The notes below the pieces were generated by a model, which worked only from the letters and a program-made list of their open reading frames with translations, did not search any database and was not told the origin of the DNA. From positions 64,001 through 128,000 of IMG/VR virus record IMGVR_UViG_3300033463_006479: a stretch of 64,000 nucleotides of DNA; one strand, written 5' to 3'. A program made the position numbers and the translations under genes. The DNA is from a virus (Duplodnaviria > Caudoviricetes). Positions 1 to 9,371 of the stretch are shown here, in pieces (position 1 is the first letter of the stretch; every line of letters starts with the position of its first letter).

Positions 1-63
1 TCCCAGAACTGCATATTGTCAAGTTCGGAAGGCTGGATATGCCATTGTTCCATCAGAAGAACC

Positions 64-1134
64 CTACTCCTCAAGAAGTTCGTCAAATCTATCTGAAATA
101 GTCGGAACAAATAGAGATTTGAATCCTCCTCTGGTTTCAGCTCCGTCATCTGACGTGCTTTGAAACATAACTGGGACTTCCATTTCCCCTCCGCAGGACT
201 CGCAAATAACGTGGATGTTCGGACTCATACCAACGGTTGCGTTCATCTTTTCAACAAAGCGGTAGATGAGCGTGTATTTTGTGGTATCCCAGTTTTCAAA
301 CTCCGTAGCCATATTGAAAATGTCCTTGTCTTTGAATTGTCTCCACTCACGGCGGAAGAACGGAATCATCTGCACGAGCGACTGTTCCCATTGTTTCTGG
401 TTTTGCGCCCTGCTGATAGCCCAATCCCTAACGATTGTTGTAACGCCGATTGTGGGCGGTGCAATCTGGATTGTGCCATAGTGCTTTGTGCGGATGCTGT
501 AACACTTGTTGTCTGGGTCGTAGTATTTTTCCAGTTGCGGGTCACGGTCTGGACGTTCCAGCATATCGGAAGTGAGGCGCACTTCTTTCTGCGGGTGGCA
601 TCCTGGGGTCTTGCAAGAGCCGTCTGGAATGGGGATGTTGATTACGGTTTCCCCGTTCTTGAATGTGAGCTCTTGGATTTTCTTGATGAGGTAGAAACGG
701 TCGTGCTCAAGGATGTCCTTGTACGAGCCTGGCATATTGCCGAACATAACTTTCACGCATTGTGAAAGCATATAGTTCATTTTGTCAATGATGTCATTCG
801 GGTTAGATTCGTCCATCATAGAGTATTCACGGATTTCACCGACACGGCAGGCACGGATATGCACCTCGAAATCGTCACGGTAAAACCTGCCCTCTGAAGG
901 GAAGCCAGCGAGCGGCAGGTGCATATAGTTCACCAGCGAGTTCATTTTCATAATCTGCGGGTCGTTGTTGATTTCCTCACGTGTCATCTGCTTGTTGATG
1001 CCCATAGGGTTGTCAACCTTGCCCAAATCCATAACCACTGGTCTGTCAACTGGGCTTTCCATCATATTGTCTTTTTGCGTTTCGCCGCCAAATTCACGGA
1101 GAAGATTTTCTTCGTATTCTTTATTTTTGTCCAT
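64..1134 (-). CDS. T4 gp26/gp51-like baseplate hub assembly protein
   Basis: 356 aa; LPS-G-FY...IRAC-VGE N-terminal pattern and C-terminal C-x2-C-G (CESCGG) typical of T4-like baseplate hub assembly proteins; downstream of late promoter 2551-2558. Confidence 0.5.
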   Translation of the reverse strand: MDKNKEYEENLLREFGGETQKDNMMESPVDRPVVMDLGKVDNPMGINKQMTREEINNDPQIMKMNSLVNYMHLPLAGFPSEGRFYRDDFEVHIRACRVGEIREYSMMDESNPNDIIDKMNYMLSQCVKVMFGNMPGSYKDILEHDRFYLIKKIQELTFKNGETVINIPIPDGSCKTPGCHPQKEVRLTSDMLERPDRDPQLEKYYDPDNKCYSIRTKHYGTIQIAPPTIGVTTIVRDWAISRAQNQKQWEQSLVQMIPFFRREWRQFKDKDIFNMATEFENWDTTKYTLIYRFVEKMNATVGMSPNIHVICESCGGEMEVPVMFQSTSDDGAETRGGFKSLFVPTISDRFDELLEE

Positions 1135-1154
1135 TATTTTATATTTTTTAAATG

Positions 1155-1364
1155 TTAAACCAATTCAATTTTCTTATAGTTGGTGTCAAGACTCTCCTTC
1201 AGATAACCAGACACATTCTTGCCGCTTTCAAGTATGCTCTCGTACACGGATTTCGGCACGTTCACATATTTCACGACATTGCCGTCATTGTATTTGATGG
1301 TGAGTTCCATTGTCACCTCGGAATAGATTATTCCAGTTATTGTCTTGTTGGTGTCTATGAGCAT
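1155..1364 (-). CDS. KTSC domain protein
   Basis: 69 aa, Y-x5-L-x-I-x-Y-x-DG-x3-Y-x-NVP-x2-VYE pattern. Confidence 0.65.
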   Translation of the reverse strand: MLIDTNKTITGIIYSEVTMELTIKYNDGNVVKYVNVPKSVYESILESGKNVSGYLKESLDTNYKKIELV

Positions 1365-2503
1365 AGCGATAGTTTTATTTTTCTGGCTTCCACATCAACG
1401 GAGTTGATTTTCACTTTGATATGGTCGCCGATTTTAATCTGGTTGTTGAGTGCGAGTGTTCCAATGACATTGTATGTGAGTTGCACCAGCATAAAGTTTT
1501 TCGTGGTGCTGATTGCACATCCGTCAAGAATTGTGTTCTGCTTGAACTCCTTGGCGATTTTCTCTTTCCACAAGTTCTTCGTATACCAGTTCTGTGTGAG
1601 CATAAACTGTCCGTTCTGCTCAAAATCAACAAAGAATTTGATTGGGGTTTTCTCAATCTCAATCTCATTGTTGTTGAACAGTTTTCGCATTTCCTCGTTC
1701 ATATCGGAATAAAGGAGTTTGCCTGCAAGACTGCCGTTGAACACAACGAGAACGTAGTCGTGTTTTTTCAATGTTATGATACCTTCGTATTCGGTGTTTC
1801 TGTCCTCGTCCATAACGGTCTTTATGGCGGCTGGGCGTATAATGTCAAGGAACGCTGTGTGTGAAACGACAACCATATCACGCTTGCTGTTGTACATTGT
1901 CGGTATGACCATAAGTTCCTTGCCGAGTATGGAAGTGTAGTCGCTCAATCGGTAGAAGGATGCGGTTGAGCCTGGGAGGAAGCATTTTACGCCTTGTATG
2001 GAAACATAATAGCCTCCGTTCACGCACTCGTCCACCTTTGCTGAATATGCGTGCGAGCTGTCGTGGGAAAGGGCTGCTGAAATGAGTTCGGATTTGACTG
2101 ACAATTTCAGCGAATCCTTGATTGAGATGTTGATGCCCTTTTTCATATTGGCCGCAACTGAAATCTTGTACTTGACACCTTCCTCAAATGCGCTGACAAC
2201 TTCTTCTGGTTCTTCGGAAGCGTCCATCTGATAGTCGTATTTCTTGTTCAGTTGTATGTTCAACTTGCCGTTGTTCTTCTCAATGAGCGTGTTGTCAATA
2301 AGGCGGCTCTGGCTTGAACTCTCAAAATTGGAGATTGTTTCAATGTCCGAACCACCGAGAGTTGCACGGTACTTGTTGATACATTCTAATACGTAAGGTT
2401 CTTGTGAAATGATTTTTTCGCCGTTTTCGCACGGTACATTAATGATTTGTTCGTCCAGCGGGTTTTCCGTGTTGCGAACTTTTACTTTCTGGATAATCAT
2501 CAA
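1355..2503 (-). CDS. Ribosomal protein S1-like (S1 RNA-binding domain repeats)
   Basis: GGYYVSIQGVKCFLPGS, MVVVSH, IGDHIKVKINSVDVEARKIKLS are S1-domain signatures. Confidence 0.75.
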   Translation of the reverse strand: MMIIQKVKVRNTENPLDEQIINVPCENGEKIISQEPYVLECINKYRATLGGSDIETISNFESSSQSRLIDNTLIEKNNGKLNIQLNKKYDYQMDASEEPEEVVSAFEEGVKYKISVAANMKKGINISIKDSLKLSVKSELISAALSHDSSHAYSAKVDECVNGGYYVSIQGVKCFLPGSTASFYRLSDYTSILGKELMVIPTMYNSKRDMVVVSHTAFLDIIRPAAIKTVMDEDRNTEYEGIITLKKHDYVLVVFNGSLAGKLLYSDMNEEMRKLFNNNEIEIEKTPIKFFVDFEQNGQFMLTQNWYTKNLWKEKIAKEFKQNTILDGCAISTTKNFMLVQLTYNVIGTLALNNQIKIGDHIKVKINSVDVEARKIKLSLCS

Positions 2504-2549
2504 TCTTTGAATTTAAAAGGTTAGTAATAAAATCAGTTTGTTTTTTTAT

Positions 2550-3272
2550 TTATTTATACAAGTTGTTTTTCGGGTTTTTCTTTTTCTTGAATTTCGGCAT
2601 TTTGCTATTGTCTCTGGACATATATATATTTGCGAAATGCTCGCTGTTGTTCACTTTTCCAACATTCCAACCAGACAAGTCTTGGTCAAAAAACAACGCA
2701 CCTCTGAACATAGCTTCCATTGACAGCACATTGGAAACATCCCATTTGGAAATGTCTTGGTTAAAATTTCTGGCGGCAAAAAACATATATTTCATATTGC
2801 AAACATTTGACACATTCCATTTGGAAATGTCTTGGTCAAACAAACTTGTATTTGCAAACATCGCTTCCATATCTTTCACATTGGAAACGTCCCAGTTTGA
2901 AATATCATTATTGAAATTAGAACGACTGAATATAAATGACATATCTATTACATTTGACACATTCCATTTGGAAATGTCGCCGTTGAATTTGCAGTCAGCA
3001 AACATAAGCGACATACTCGTAACATTGGAAACATTCCAGTCCGATATGTCGCCATTGAACTGGTGCATATCATAGAACAGCTTGCTCATATCTGTTATAT
3101 AAGTAACACAGATGTCGTTGAGGTTGCATTCGTCTCCTTCGTTTGCAATCTTGGTTTTAATAATCTGTATGAGTTCATCCTTTGTTTTCGGATAATAACG
3201 GTAGTTCCGTTTCATACCAGACAGCCGTTCCTTTGACACTGGTCTTATGATAAGTCTGTTTGTGTTTTCCAT
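2550..3272 (-). CDS. BspA/DUF285-type LRR protein with N-terminal tag variant (RLIIRPVSKERL)
   Basis: ~24-aa repeats FNxDISxWxVSNVxxMxxMF; cap motif PKTKDEL..CNLNDI. Confidence 0.85.
   Translation of the reverse strand: MENTNRLIIRPVSKERLSGMKRNYRYYPKTKDELIQIIKTKIANEGDECNLNDICVTYITDMSKLFYDMHQFNGDISDWNVSNVTSMSLMFADCKFNGDISKWNVSNVIDMSFIFSRSNFNNDISNWDVSNVKDMEAMFANTSLFDQDISKWNVSNVCNMKYMFFAARNFNQDISKWDVSNVLSMEAMFRGALFFDQDLSGWNVGKVNNSEHFANIYMSRDNSKMPKFKKKKNPKNNLYK
2551..2558 (-). promoter_or_regulatory. T4-type late promoter TATAAATA
   Basis: Exact TATAAATA on minus strand ~50 nt upstream of the S1-like/KTSC/baseplate genes. Confidence 0.5.
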
Positions 3273-3273
3273 A

Positions 3274-3978
3274 CTATTTCATCTTTGGTCTTTTCCATCC
3301 GTTGAAGTCAAAGGAAAGTGGAGATTTTTTGAATATGTCGGTTGTTGCGGCCTTTTCAAGATTCCATTTTGATATGTCTTGGTTGAAACTTGAGTTGTAG
3401 AACATTCTGCTGGCCATTTTTACATTTGACACATTCCATTGGGAAATGTCTCGGTTAAACATTGAATGTGAGAACATATAGTCCATATATTCAACATTGG
3501 AAACATCCCATCTTGACAGACTGCCGTTGAACTGCGCAACGGAGAACATATAGCCCATATCGGTTACGTTGGAAACATCCCAGTCCGATATATCCTTGTT
3601 GAAAGCGGAATGGCAGAACATAGAACGCATATTTCTGACCTTTGACACATTCCATTGTGAGATGTCCCCGTTGAACTCGGACTCTTGGAACATATAGGAC
3701 ATATCTTTCACATTGCTGACATCCCATTGTGAAATGTCGCCGTCAAACATATGCGTTTTGTTTATCTGGTTGAACAGCCTTGACATATTTTTAATGCGAG
3801 AAACGTCTATGTCGTTGAGGTCGCAATGCACGCCCTCGTTCTCTATGCGTTCCGCAATTATCTCAATCAGTTCGTTTTCCCATCTTGGAAAATACTTGTA
3901 TTTCGATACGCCATTTGATTGAACTGGCTGTATGTTTAATTTCTCTGCTATAAAGTCTTTTAATTTAAGTATTATCAT
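3274..3978 (-). CDS. BspA/DUF285-type LRR protein, tagged (DFIAEKLNIQP)
   Basis: DUF285 repeats; tag at N-terminus. Confidence 0.85.
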   Translation of the reverse strand: MIILKLKDFIAEKLNIQPVQSNGVSKYKYFPRWENELIEIIAERIENEGVHCDLNDIDVSRIKNMSRLFNQINKTHMFDGDISQWDVSNVKDMSYMFQESEFNGDISQWNVSKVRNMRSMFCHSAFNKDISDWDVSNVTDMGYMFSVAQFNGSLSRWDVSNVEYMDYMFSHSMFNRDISQWNVSNVKMASRMFYNSSFNQDISKWNLEKAATTDIFKKSPLSFDFNGWKRPKMK

Positions 3979-3981
3979 AGT

Positions 3982-4764
3982 CTATTTGAATAATGGTTGT
4001 TTTTCTGGGTGATTGACAAGTGGAGACTCGTTGAACATATTGATATGTGTTTTTACGCTTCTGACATCCCACCCAGACAAGTCTTGGTCAAATTTATGTG
4101 TCATATTAAACATTTGCATCATATTCACAACACTACGGGTGTTCCATCCAGATATGTCGCTATTAAATTCTTCAGCACCATAGAACATAGATTCCATAGT
4201 TTGCACACTTGACACATTCCATTTGGAAAGATTGCCGTTAAATTCATAAGCATAACAGAACATACCCTTCATACTAATCACATTAGACACATCCCATTCC
4301 GATATGTCCCCGTTGAAACTGGATTCCGAAAACATACCTTCCATACATTTGACGTTGCTCACATTCCATCTGGAAATGTCGCCATTAAAAATGGATTGGC
4401 AAAACATATCGGTCATATCCTCAACATTTTTGACATTCCACATTGATATGTCGCCATTGAAGTCCGAACTTCTGAACATCATTTTCATATTGGTTACATT
4501 GCTGACATCCCATTCGGATATGTTGCCGTTGAAGTCGGAGGTGTAGAACAGTTCTTCCATATTGTCAATGTTGGAAACGTCTATGTCGTTCAAATCGCAT
4601 TCAGCCCCTTCTTTTTCAATTCTGTCTTGTATGATGGAATAAAGGTCTTCCCTTGATGTCGGATGATAATTATGAATACGCCGCATACCATAAAGCCTTG
4701 TCTTTGTGACTGGTTTTATGTTCAGTTTTTCGTTTATATATTTGTCGGACTTCAGTATTCTCAT
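3982..4764 (-). CDS. BspA/DUF285-type LRR protein, tagged (YINEKLNIKPVTKTRL)
   Basis: DUF285 repeats; tag at N-terminus. Confidence 0.85.
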   Translation of the reverse strand: MRILKSDKYINEKLNIKPVTKTRLYGMRRIHNYHPTSREDLYSIIQDRIEKEGAECDLNDIDVSNIDNMEELFYTSDFNGNISEWDVSNVTNMKMMFRSSDFNGDISMWNVKNVEDMTDMFCQSIFNGDISRWNVSNVKCMEGMFSESSFNGDISEWDVSNVISMKGMFCYAYEFNGNLSKWNVSSVQTMESMFYGAEEFNSDISGWNTRSVVNMMQMFNMTHKFDQDLSGWDVRSVKTHINMFNESPLVNHPEKQPLFK

Positions 4765-4767
4765 ATC

Positions 4768-5553
4768 CTATTTGAATATTGGTTGTTTTTCTGGCTGGTT
4801 TTCCAACGGGCAATCTTTGAACATATCCGTATATACCATAATGCTTTTGGTGTTCCATCCAGACAAGTCTTGGTCAAATGAAGATGCCTTTTCAAACATT
4901 TGCGTCATAGTTATGACATTTGACACATCCCATTTTGATATGTCACTGTTAAACTTTCTTGCCCCGTAGAACATATATGTCATAGTTTGCGACCTTGACA
5001 CATTCCATTTGGACAAATCCCCGTTGAACTTTTCGGCATAGCAGAACATACCAGTCATATCAAACACTTTTGACACATCCCATTTGGACAAGTCCCCGTT
5101 GAATTGTGATGTGTGGAACATTCCAGACATATATTTCACATTTGACACATTCCAATCGGATATGTCATTGTCAAACAAGGACAGCTTGAACATATCGGTC
5201 ATATTCTTCACTTTGCAGACATTCCATTTTGAAATGTCCCCTTTGAAAGATGAGCGGCTGAACATACATTCCATAGTCGTAACATTATGCACGTTCCATT
5301 GGGATATGTTTCCGTTGAAAGTTGATTCATAAAAAAGATGCGACATATCGTCAATGGCAGAAACATCTATATCGTTCAAATCGCATAAATCTCCTTCTGC
5401 TGCTATGCGGTCATCTATAATGCTTTTCAACTCAAACTTTGACTGCGGATAATACTTGTACTTATGCACACGCATACCAGCAAGCCTCGTTCTTGTAACT
5501 GGCTTGATGTTGAGTTTCTCGTTTATATATCGGTCGGCATTGAGTATTTTCAT
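4768..5553 (-). CDS. BspA/DUF285-type LRR protein, tagged
   Basis: DUF285 repeats; YINEKLNIKPVTRTRL. Confidence 0.85.
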   Translation of the reverse strand: MKILNADRYINEKLNIKPVTRTRLAGMRVHKYKYYPQSKFELKSIIDDRIAAEGDLCDLNDIDVSAIDDMSHLFYESTFNGNISQWNVHNVTTMECMFSRSSFKGDISKWNVCKVKNMTDMFKLSLFDNDISDWNVSNVKYMSGMFHTSQFNGDLSKWDVSKVFDMTGMFCYAEKFNGDLSKWNVSRSQTMTYMFYGARKFNSDISKWDVSNVITMTQMFEKASSFDQDLSGWNTKSIMVYTDMFKDCPLENQPEKQPIFK

Positions 5554-5559
5554 AATTTT

Positions 5560-6198
5560 CTAATATCTGAAATTTGGTTGCAGCTCTTCCTCATATTGCA
5601 TTGGGCAGTTTTTGAATATGTCGTGGCGATGCCACACATTTCCAACCGACCATCTGGATAGGTCGCCTTTAAATATTGAATCGCAAAACATATACGACAT
5701 TTTCGTAACATTGCTCACATTCCAGTTGGAAATGTCGCCGTTGAAATCCGAATTTTGGAACATATTCTCCATATTTAAAACTTTTCCGACATTCCATTTT
5801 GATATGTCGCCATCAAAGTATGAATTGTAAAACATATATGACATATTTGTAACATTGCCAACATTCCAGTTGGAAATGTCGCCGTTGAATTTTGAGCTTT
5901 GGAACATACCAGTCATATTTTTCGCATTTCTGACATTCCATTCAGATATGTTTCCATCAAAATCCTTTAATGTGGAAATGGAAAACAAATATGAGAAGTT
6001 CGTTATGCAAGAAACATCAATGTCGTTCAAGTTGCAAAAAAAGCCATATTCTTCAATGTGGTTTTCTATGCAAACAATCAGTTCGCCTTTTGTTTTTGGA
6101 TGGTGTTTGTGTGGACGCAGTTCGGCCAGCCTTGTTTTTGAAACTGGCTTGATGCCAAGTTTTTCGTTTATATATCGGTCGGCATTAAGTATTCCCAT
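5560..6198 (-). CDS. BspA/DUF285-type LRR protein, tagged
   Basis: DUF285 repeats; YINEKLGIKPVSKTRL. Confidence 0.85.
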   Translation of the reverse strand: MGILNADRYINEKLGIKPVSKTRLAELRPHKHHPKTKGELIVCIENHIEEYGFFCNLNDIDVSCITNFSYLFSISTLKDFDGNISEWNVRNAKNMTGMFQSSKFNGDISNWNVGNVTNMSYMFYNSYFDGDISKWNVGKVLNMENMFQNSDFNGDISNWNVSNVTKMSYMFCDSIFKGDLSRWSVGNVWHRHDIFKNCPMQYEEELQPNFRY

Positions 6199-6223
6199 AG
6201 ACTAATATATTGTTTATTCATTC

Positions 6224-6235
6224 TATTTATAAATA
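6224..6235. promoter_or_regulatory. Overlapping bidirectional late promoter (palindrome TATTTATAAATA)
   Basis: TATAAATA on both strands between divergent tagged genes starting at 6198(-) and 6252(+). Confidence 0.6.
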
Positions 6236-6251
6236 TAGAAATTATTTTTGT

Positions 6252-6401
6252 ATGGAAATACTGAAATCAGAACAATATCTAAACAAGAAACTGAACATTA
6301 CTCCAGTAACAAAAACAAGGCTTGACGGATTTGCCAAACCTACTGTTGATGAACATACAAAAAAGTTTATAACAAGCAATGGGTTGGTAACAGTTTATTG
6401 A
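6252..6401 (+). pseudogene. Truncated tagged gene (MEILKSEQYLNKKLNITPVTKTRL...), ending at the tnpB element left end
   Basis: Tag present, no payload domain; stop lies just inside the element. Confidence 0.55.
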
Positions 6402-7861
6402 AAATCTAATGAAAACTACGAAAAACGTATAAAAACAAACCCGTATAAATATATTATAGTTTAATGCTATTTATATAATGAAACGAAAGTGGAGAGTCGT
6501 TTCAAAATAGAATAAGATATATACAGAGGTTTTATCCTTGTCGGTACTCTCCACATTACTACCACAAGTTTAATGCCTCTTTTTTATTGATATGTTGCGA
6601 GGAATCAAGGTAAGGTTATATCCGAACAAGGAACAGCAGGCAAGACTGAATCAAGTTCTTGGTTGTTACCGTTTTGTGTATAACAAGACGCTCGAACTCA
6701 AACGCAATGCTTATGATGAAGACAAAACAACTCTTGGATTAACTGACATTTCAAAATGGTTTCACGGAACATTATTGAAAGACGAGAACTACACTTGGTT
6801 GCAGGAGCAGAACACAAAGGTGATGAAGCAGTCAATCAGACAAATGCTTGACGCTTATTCAAAGTTTTTCAAACAACACAACGGATTTCCGAAGTTCAAA
6901 TCCAAGAAAGACAAGCAGTCAGCACTGTTTCCGTCAGAAGCGATTTCCAAACGCAACACGTTCAATGAAAGAAAAATAACGCTGACTCAAGACTTAAAGG
7001 ACATAAGATTCAGATGTTCGGACTTGTATTACAAGAGACTTCAAGACCACAAGGACAAGATAAGAAGTGCGACCGTTTCGAGAACCAAGAGCGGCAACTA
7101 CTTCTTATCCATCCTTGTTGACATCCCGCAGAATGAACTTATCAAGTTCAAGCATACCAAGCAATGCGTTGGCATTGACCTCGGAGTCAAGGATTTTGTA
7201 ATCACAAGTGACGGTGAGGTCTTTGAAAACAAACACTTTTTCAAGAAGCAAGAAAGAAAAGTCAAAAGATTACAGAGGCAGCAGTCAAGAAAACAGAAAG
7301 GTTCGCACAACCAAGAGAAACAACGTGTCAGAATCGCAAAGGCGTTTGAAAGACTGACCAATCAGAAAGACGCTTACATCCATTCGGTTGTAAATGCTTT
7401 GCTATCCTTGTATGACTTGGTTTGTATGGAGGACTTGAATGTTCAAGGAATGCTGAAGAACCACAAACTTGCAAAGGCAATCCAAGAAGTTGGTTTCTAC
7501 AAGTTCAAGCAGATTTTACTTGACAAGGCAAATGTAAATGACAAGCAAGTCGTGTTGGTTGACCGTTTCTATCCGAGCAGTAAGACCTGCCACACGTGTG
7601 GTTACATCAAGAAAGACTTGACTTTGAGCGACCGTGAATGGGTCTGCCCTATTTGTGGTGAACACCACGACAGAGATGTGAATGCAGCGATTAACATCTT
7701 GTGTGAAGGTTTAAGAATAATAGGTGTCCGTAGCACCGAATTTACGCTTGCGGACTGCCCAACTATGGATGACCGTCTGGCAACAGACCTAAAAAGTAGT
7801 GGCAGGTTGAAACAAGAAAGAAGGACTAATAATTCCAGTTTTATTAGATTTTTCTATACGG
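6392..7861 (+). mobile_element. Non-autonomous TnpB-only element (IS607/IS200-605-like)
   Basis: Left end after AACAG is homologous to the left end of the element at 59813; imperfect inverted ends (gaaaatctaatgaaaact / agttttattagattttt); no tnpA; right boundary approximate. Confidence 0.6.
6479..6586 (+). ncRNA. Conserved structured RNA (two hairpins with complementary loops, then U-tract) upstream of tnpB
   Basis: Near-identical copy at 59620-59726(-) with compensatory changes in paired regions. Confidence 0.6.
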
Positions 7862-7893
7862 TTCGTTTGAATTTGACAGATAATATTGTTTAA
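6592..7893 (+). CDS. tnpB: TnpB RNA-guided endonuclease (IS605 OrfB type)
   Basis: HTH start (KVRLYPNKEQ..GCYRFVYN), RuvC-I GIDLGVKD, RuvC-II EDL, Zn ribbon CHTCG..CPICG, RuvC-III DRDVNAAINI. Confidence 0.92.
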   Translation: MLRGIKVRLYPNKEQQARLNQVLGCYRFVYNKTLELKRNAYDEDKTTLGLTDISKWFHGTLLKDENYTWLQEQNTKVMKQSIRQMLDAYSKFFKQHNGFPKFKSKKDKQSALFPSEAISKRNTFNERKITLTQDLKDIRFRCSDLYYKRLQDHKDKIRSATVSRTKSGNYFLSILVDIPQNELIKFKHTKQCVGIDLGVKDFVITSDGEVFENKHFFKKQERKVKRLQRQQSRKQKGSHNQEKQRVRIAKAFERLTNQKDAYIHSVVNALLSLYDLVCMEDLNVQGMLKNHKLAKAIQEVGFYKFKQILLDKANVNDKQVVLVDRFYPSSKTCHTCGYIKKDLTLSDREWVCPICGEHHDRDVNAAINILCEGLRIIGVRSTEFTLADCPTMDDRLATDLKSSGRLKQERRTNNSSFIRFFYTVRLNLTDNIV

Positions 7894-7907
7894 TATAAAA
7901 TTGAAAT

Positions 7908-8645
7908 ATGAGAAGAGAATACGAGCAGTCCGCCCCCCCCCCACAACCGACAGAAGTTTATTTAACTAATGTGTATTGTGAAAACAACACTGTGGTTGAC
8001 CACGCCGTAAATGTTAATTATCCTTGGGGAACAACAACGGATGGTGTATGGTTTACAAATGGAAACGTGACAAATAGAGCTTATTACATATACGCAAACG
8101 GCGGATATAAGTCGGTATATATAAATAGAAGTATAAAATGGAACACATCAACGCCAAATCCTCCAACAAATGGCGTATGCCCAGAATATTTCGGTTTTGG
8201 GCTGCGGTTTAAAACAATGTTTTATTCAACAACACATACAAATGGCAAAGAACCATTAAGCTGCTTATCGCATAATAACACAGCATATCGTGGTTATTGT
8301 TTGATTTGGATGTACAATTCTGGATGGTATTGGGCTTTATGCAAAAACTCGTATGACCCAGCTGCGTCCAATGTTACAAAAATACAAATACCGTATGTTG
8401 AAACCCAAAGCAGTCCTATGATTATACAATGGGATTTCAACGCAACGCAAAATCGTTTTAAGGCGTTTGACAATTTTGGAAATCTTTTGGCAGACAGCGG
8501 CATTGATACTTCCCTGCATAGCAATGAACGTGTACTTCAACTTATGTGTGGTAACTGGAACAGTGGCAATCAATGCAATCCTACTTGTTATTACAAATAC
8601 ATACAATTCATAGATGGAACAAGTGTTGATGATTTTTTGCAATAG
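7908..8645 (+). CDS. Hypothetical beta-rich (N/T/Y/W-rich) protein, possibly virion/receptor-binding domain
   Basis: 245-aa ORF filling gap before tail tube gene; composition only. Confidence 0.45.
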   Translation: MRREYEQSAPPPQPTEVYLTNVYCENNTVVDHAVNVNYPWGTTTDGVWFTNGNVTNRAYYIYANGGYKSVYINRSIKWNTSTPNPPTNGVCPEYFGFGLRFKTMFYSTTHTNGKEPLSCLSHNNTAYRGYCLIWMYNSGWYWALCKNSYDPAASNVTKIQIPYVETQSSPMIIQWDFNATQNRFKAFDNFGNLLADSGIDTSLHSNERVLQLMCGNWNSGNQCNPTCYYKYIQFIDGTSVDDFLQ

Positions 8646-8668
8646 ACAAAATCATCAAAAAGTGTTCG

Positions 8669-8676
8669 TATAAATA
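8669..8676 (+). promoter_or_regulatory. T4-type late promoter TATAAATA
   Basis: Exact match upstream of tail tube gene. Confidence 0.65.
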
Positions 8677-8723
8677 ATATACGGCACAATTTGTTTGTGT
8701 CGGCGAAAAATATATGAAATATT

Positions 8724-9284
8724 ATGGCTTTACCACATTATAGTAATTCTATAGCGAGTACACAGCACTACGAACCCGTCTATAAGGCGTTGTTTGAGGT
8801 CACTATATTCCCGCCAGCCGCAGTCAATTTTGACCAAGCACTGCTTCTGCAACACGTAAAAAGCATCGGCGGTCTTGACGGCCTCAACCCTTCTGTGAGT
8901 ACAACTGAACAGAAGTTCAAACAAGCAACCCGTTCATACGCTGGATTCCCAGAAAAGACCACTCTCGACTTGGCTATGACGTTCACAATGAACCTCAACC
9001 ACTCAAACGAGAACTACATTTACACCGCATTGAGAAAATGGTGCAACATTATCTGGAATCCGCTGAATGGCGCAAGCGGTATGAAGAAGGATTATGTAGG
9101 GAGTATGATAGTGGTCCAATTTAACAGGGACGGCTCAATCTATCGTAAAATCATTTGCAAGGATGCTTTCCCGACTGGTCAGTTGCAGGTTGGCGATACC
9201 TTGGATTACAGCGATGCTGAAGCAGCAGAAGCCCAATTAACGTTTAGATGCGATTATTGGGACGAACAAATCGTTGGCATTTAA
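8724..9284 (+). CDS. Tail tube protein (T4 gp19-like)
   Basis: 186 aa; LRKW..I.NP..G..G.KKDY.G...V.Q..R.G.......DAFPT....LDYS......LTFRCDYW pattern of gp19 family. Confidence 0.8.
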   Translation: MALPHYSNSIASTQHYEPVYKALFEVTIFPPAAVNFDQALLLQHVKSIGGLDGLNPSVSTTEQKFKQATRSYAGFPEKTTLDLAMTFTMNLNHSNENYIYTALRKWCNIIWNPLNGASGMKKDYVGSMIVVQFNRDGSIYRKIICKDAFPTGQLQVGDTLDYSDAEAAEAQLTFRCDYWDEQIVGI

Positions 9285-9306
9285 TTCTAATGTTTTTATG
9301 ACAACC

Positions 9307-9341
9307 AAATCCCCCAAGTATAATGCTTGGGGGATTTTTTT
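9307..9341 (+). terminator. Intrinsic terminator
   Basis: aaatcccccaag-tataatg-cttgggggattt followed by T-tract, abutting TATAAATA at 9341-9348. Confidence 0.7.
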
Positions 9342-9371
9342 ATAAATAATGTATTGTTATTTAATGCTATT

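Noticed and set aside
2563-6205. Antisense ORFs over the BspA genes (and similar ones at 22133-24433, 49134-49343)
   Set aside because: Shadow frames of repetitive coding sequence
6392-7861. IStron (group I intron-IS hybrid) interpretation
   Set aside because: No recognisable group I core, and excision does not restore a long ORF (joined frame stops within ~10 codons)
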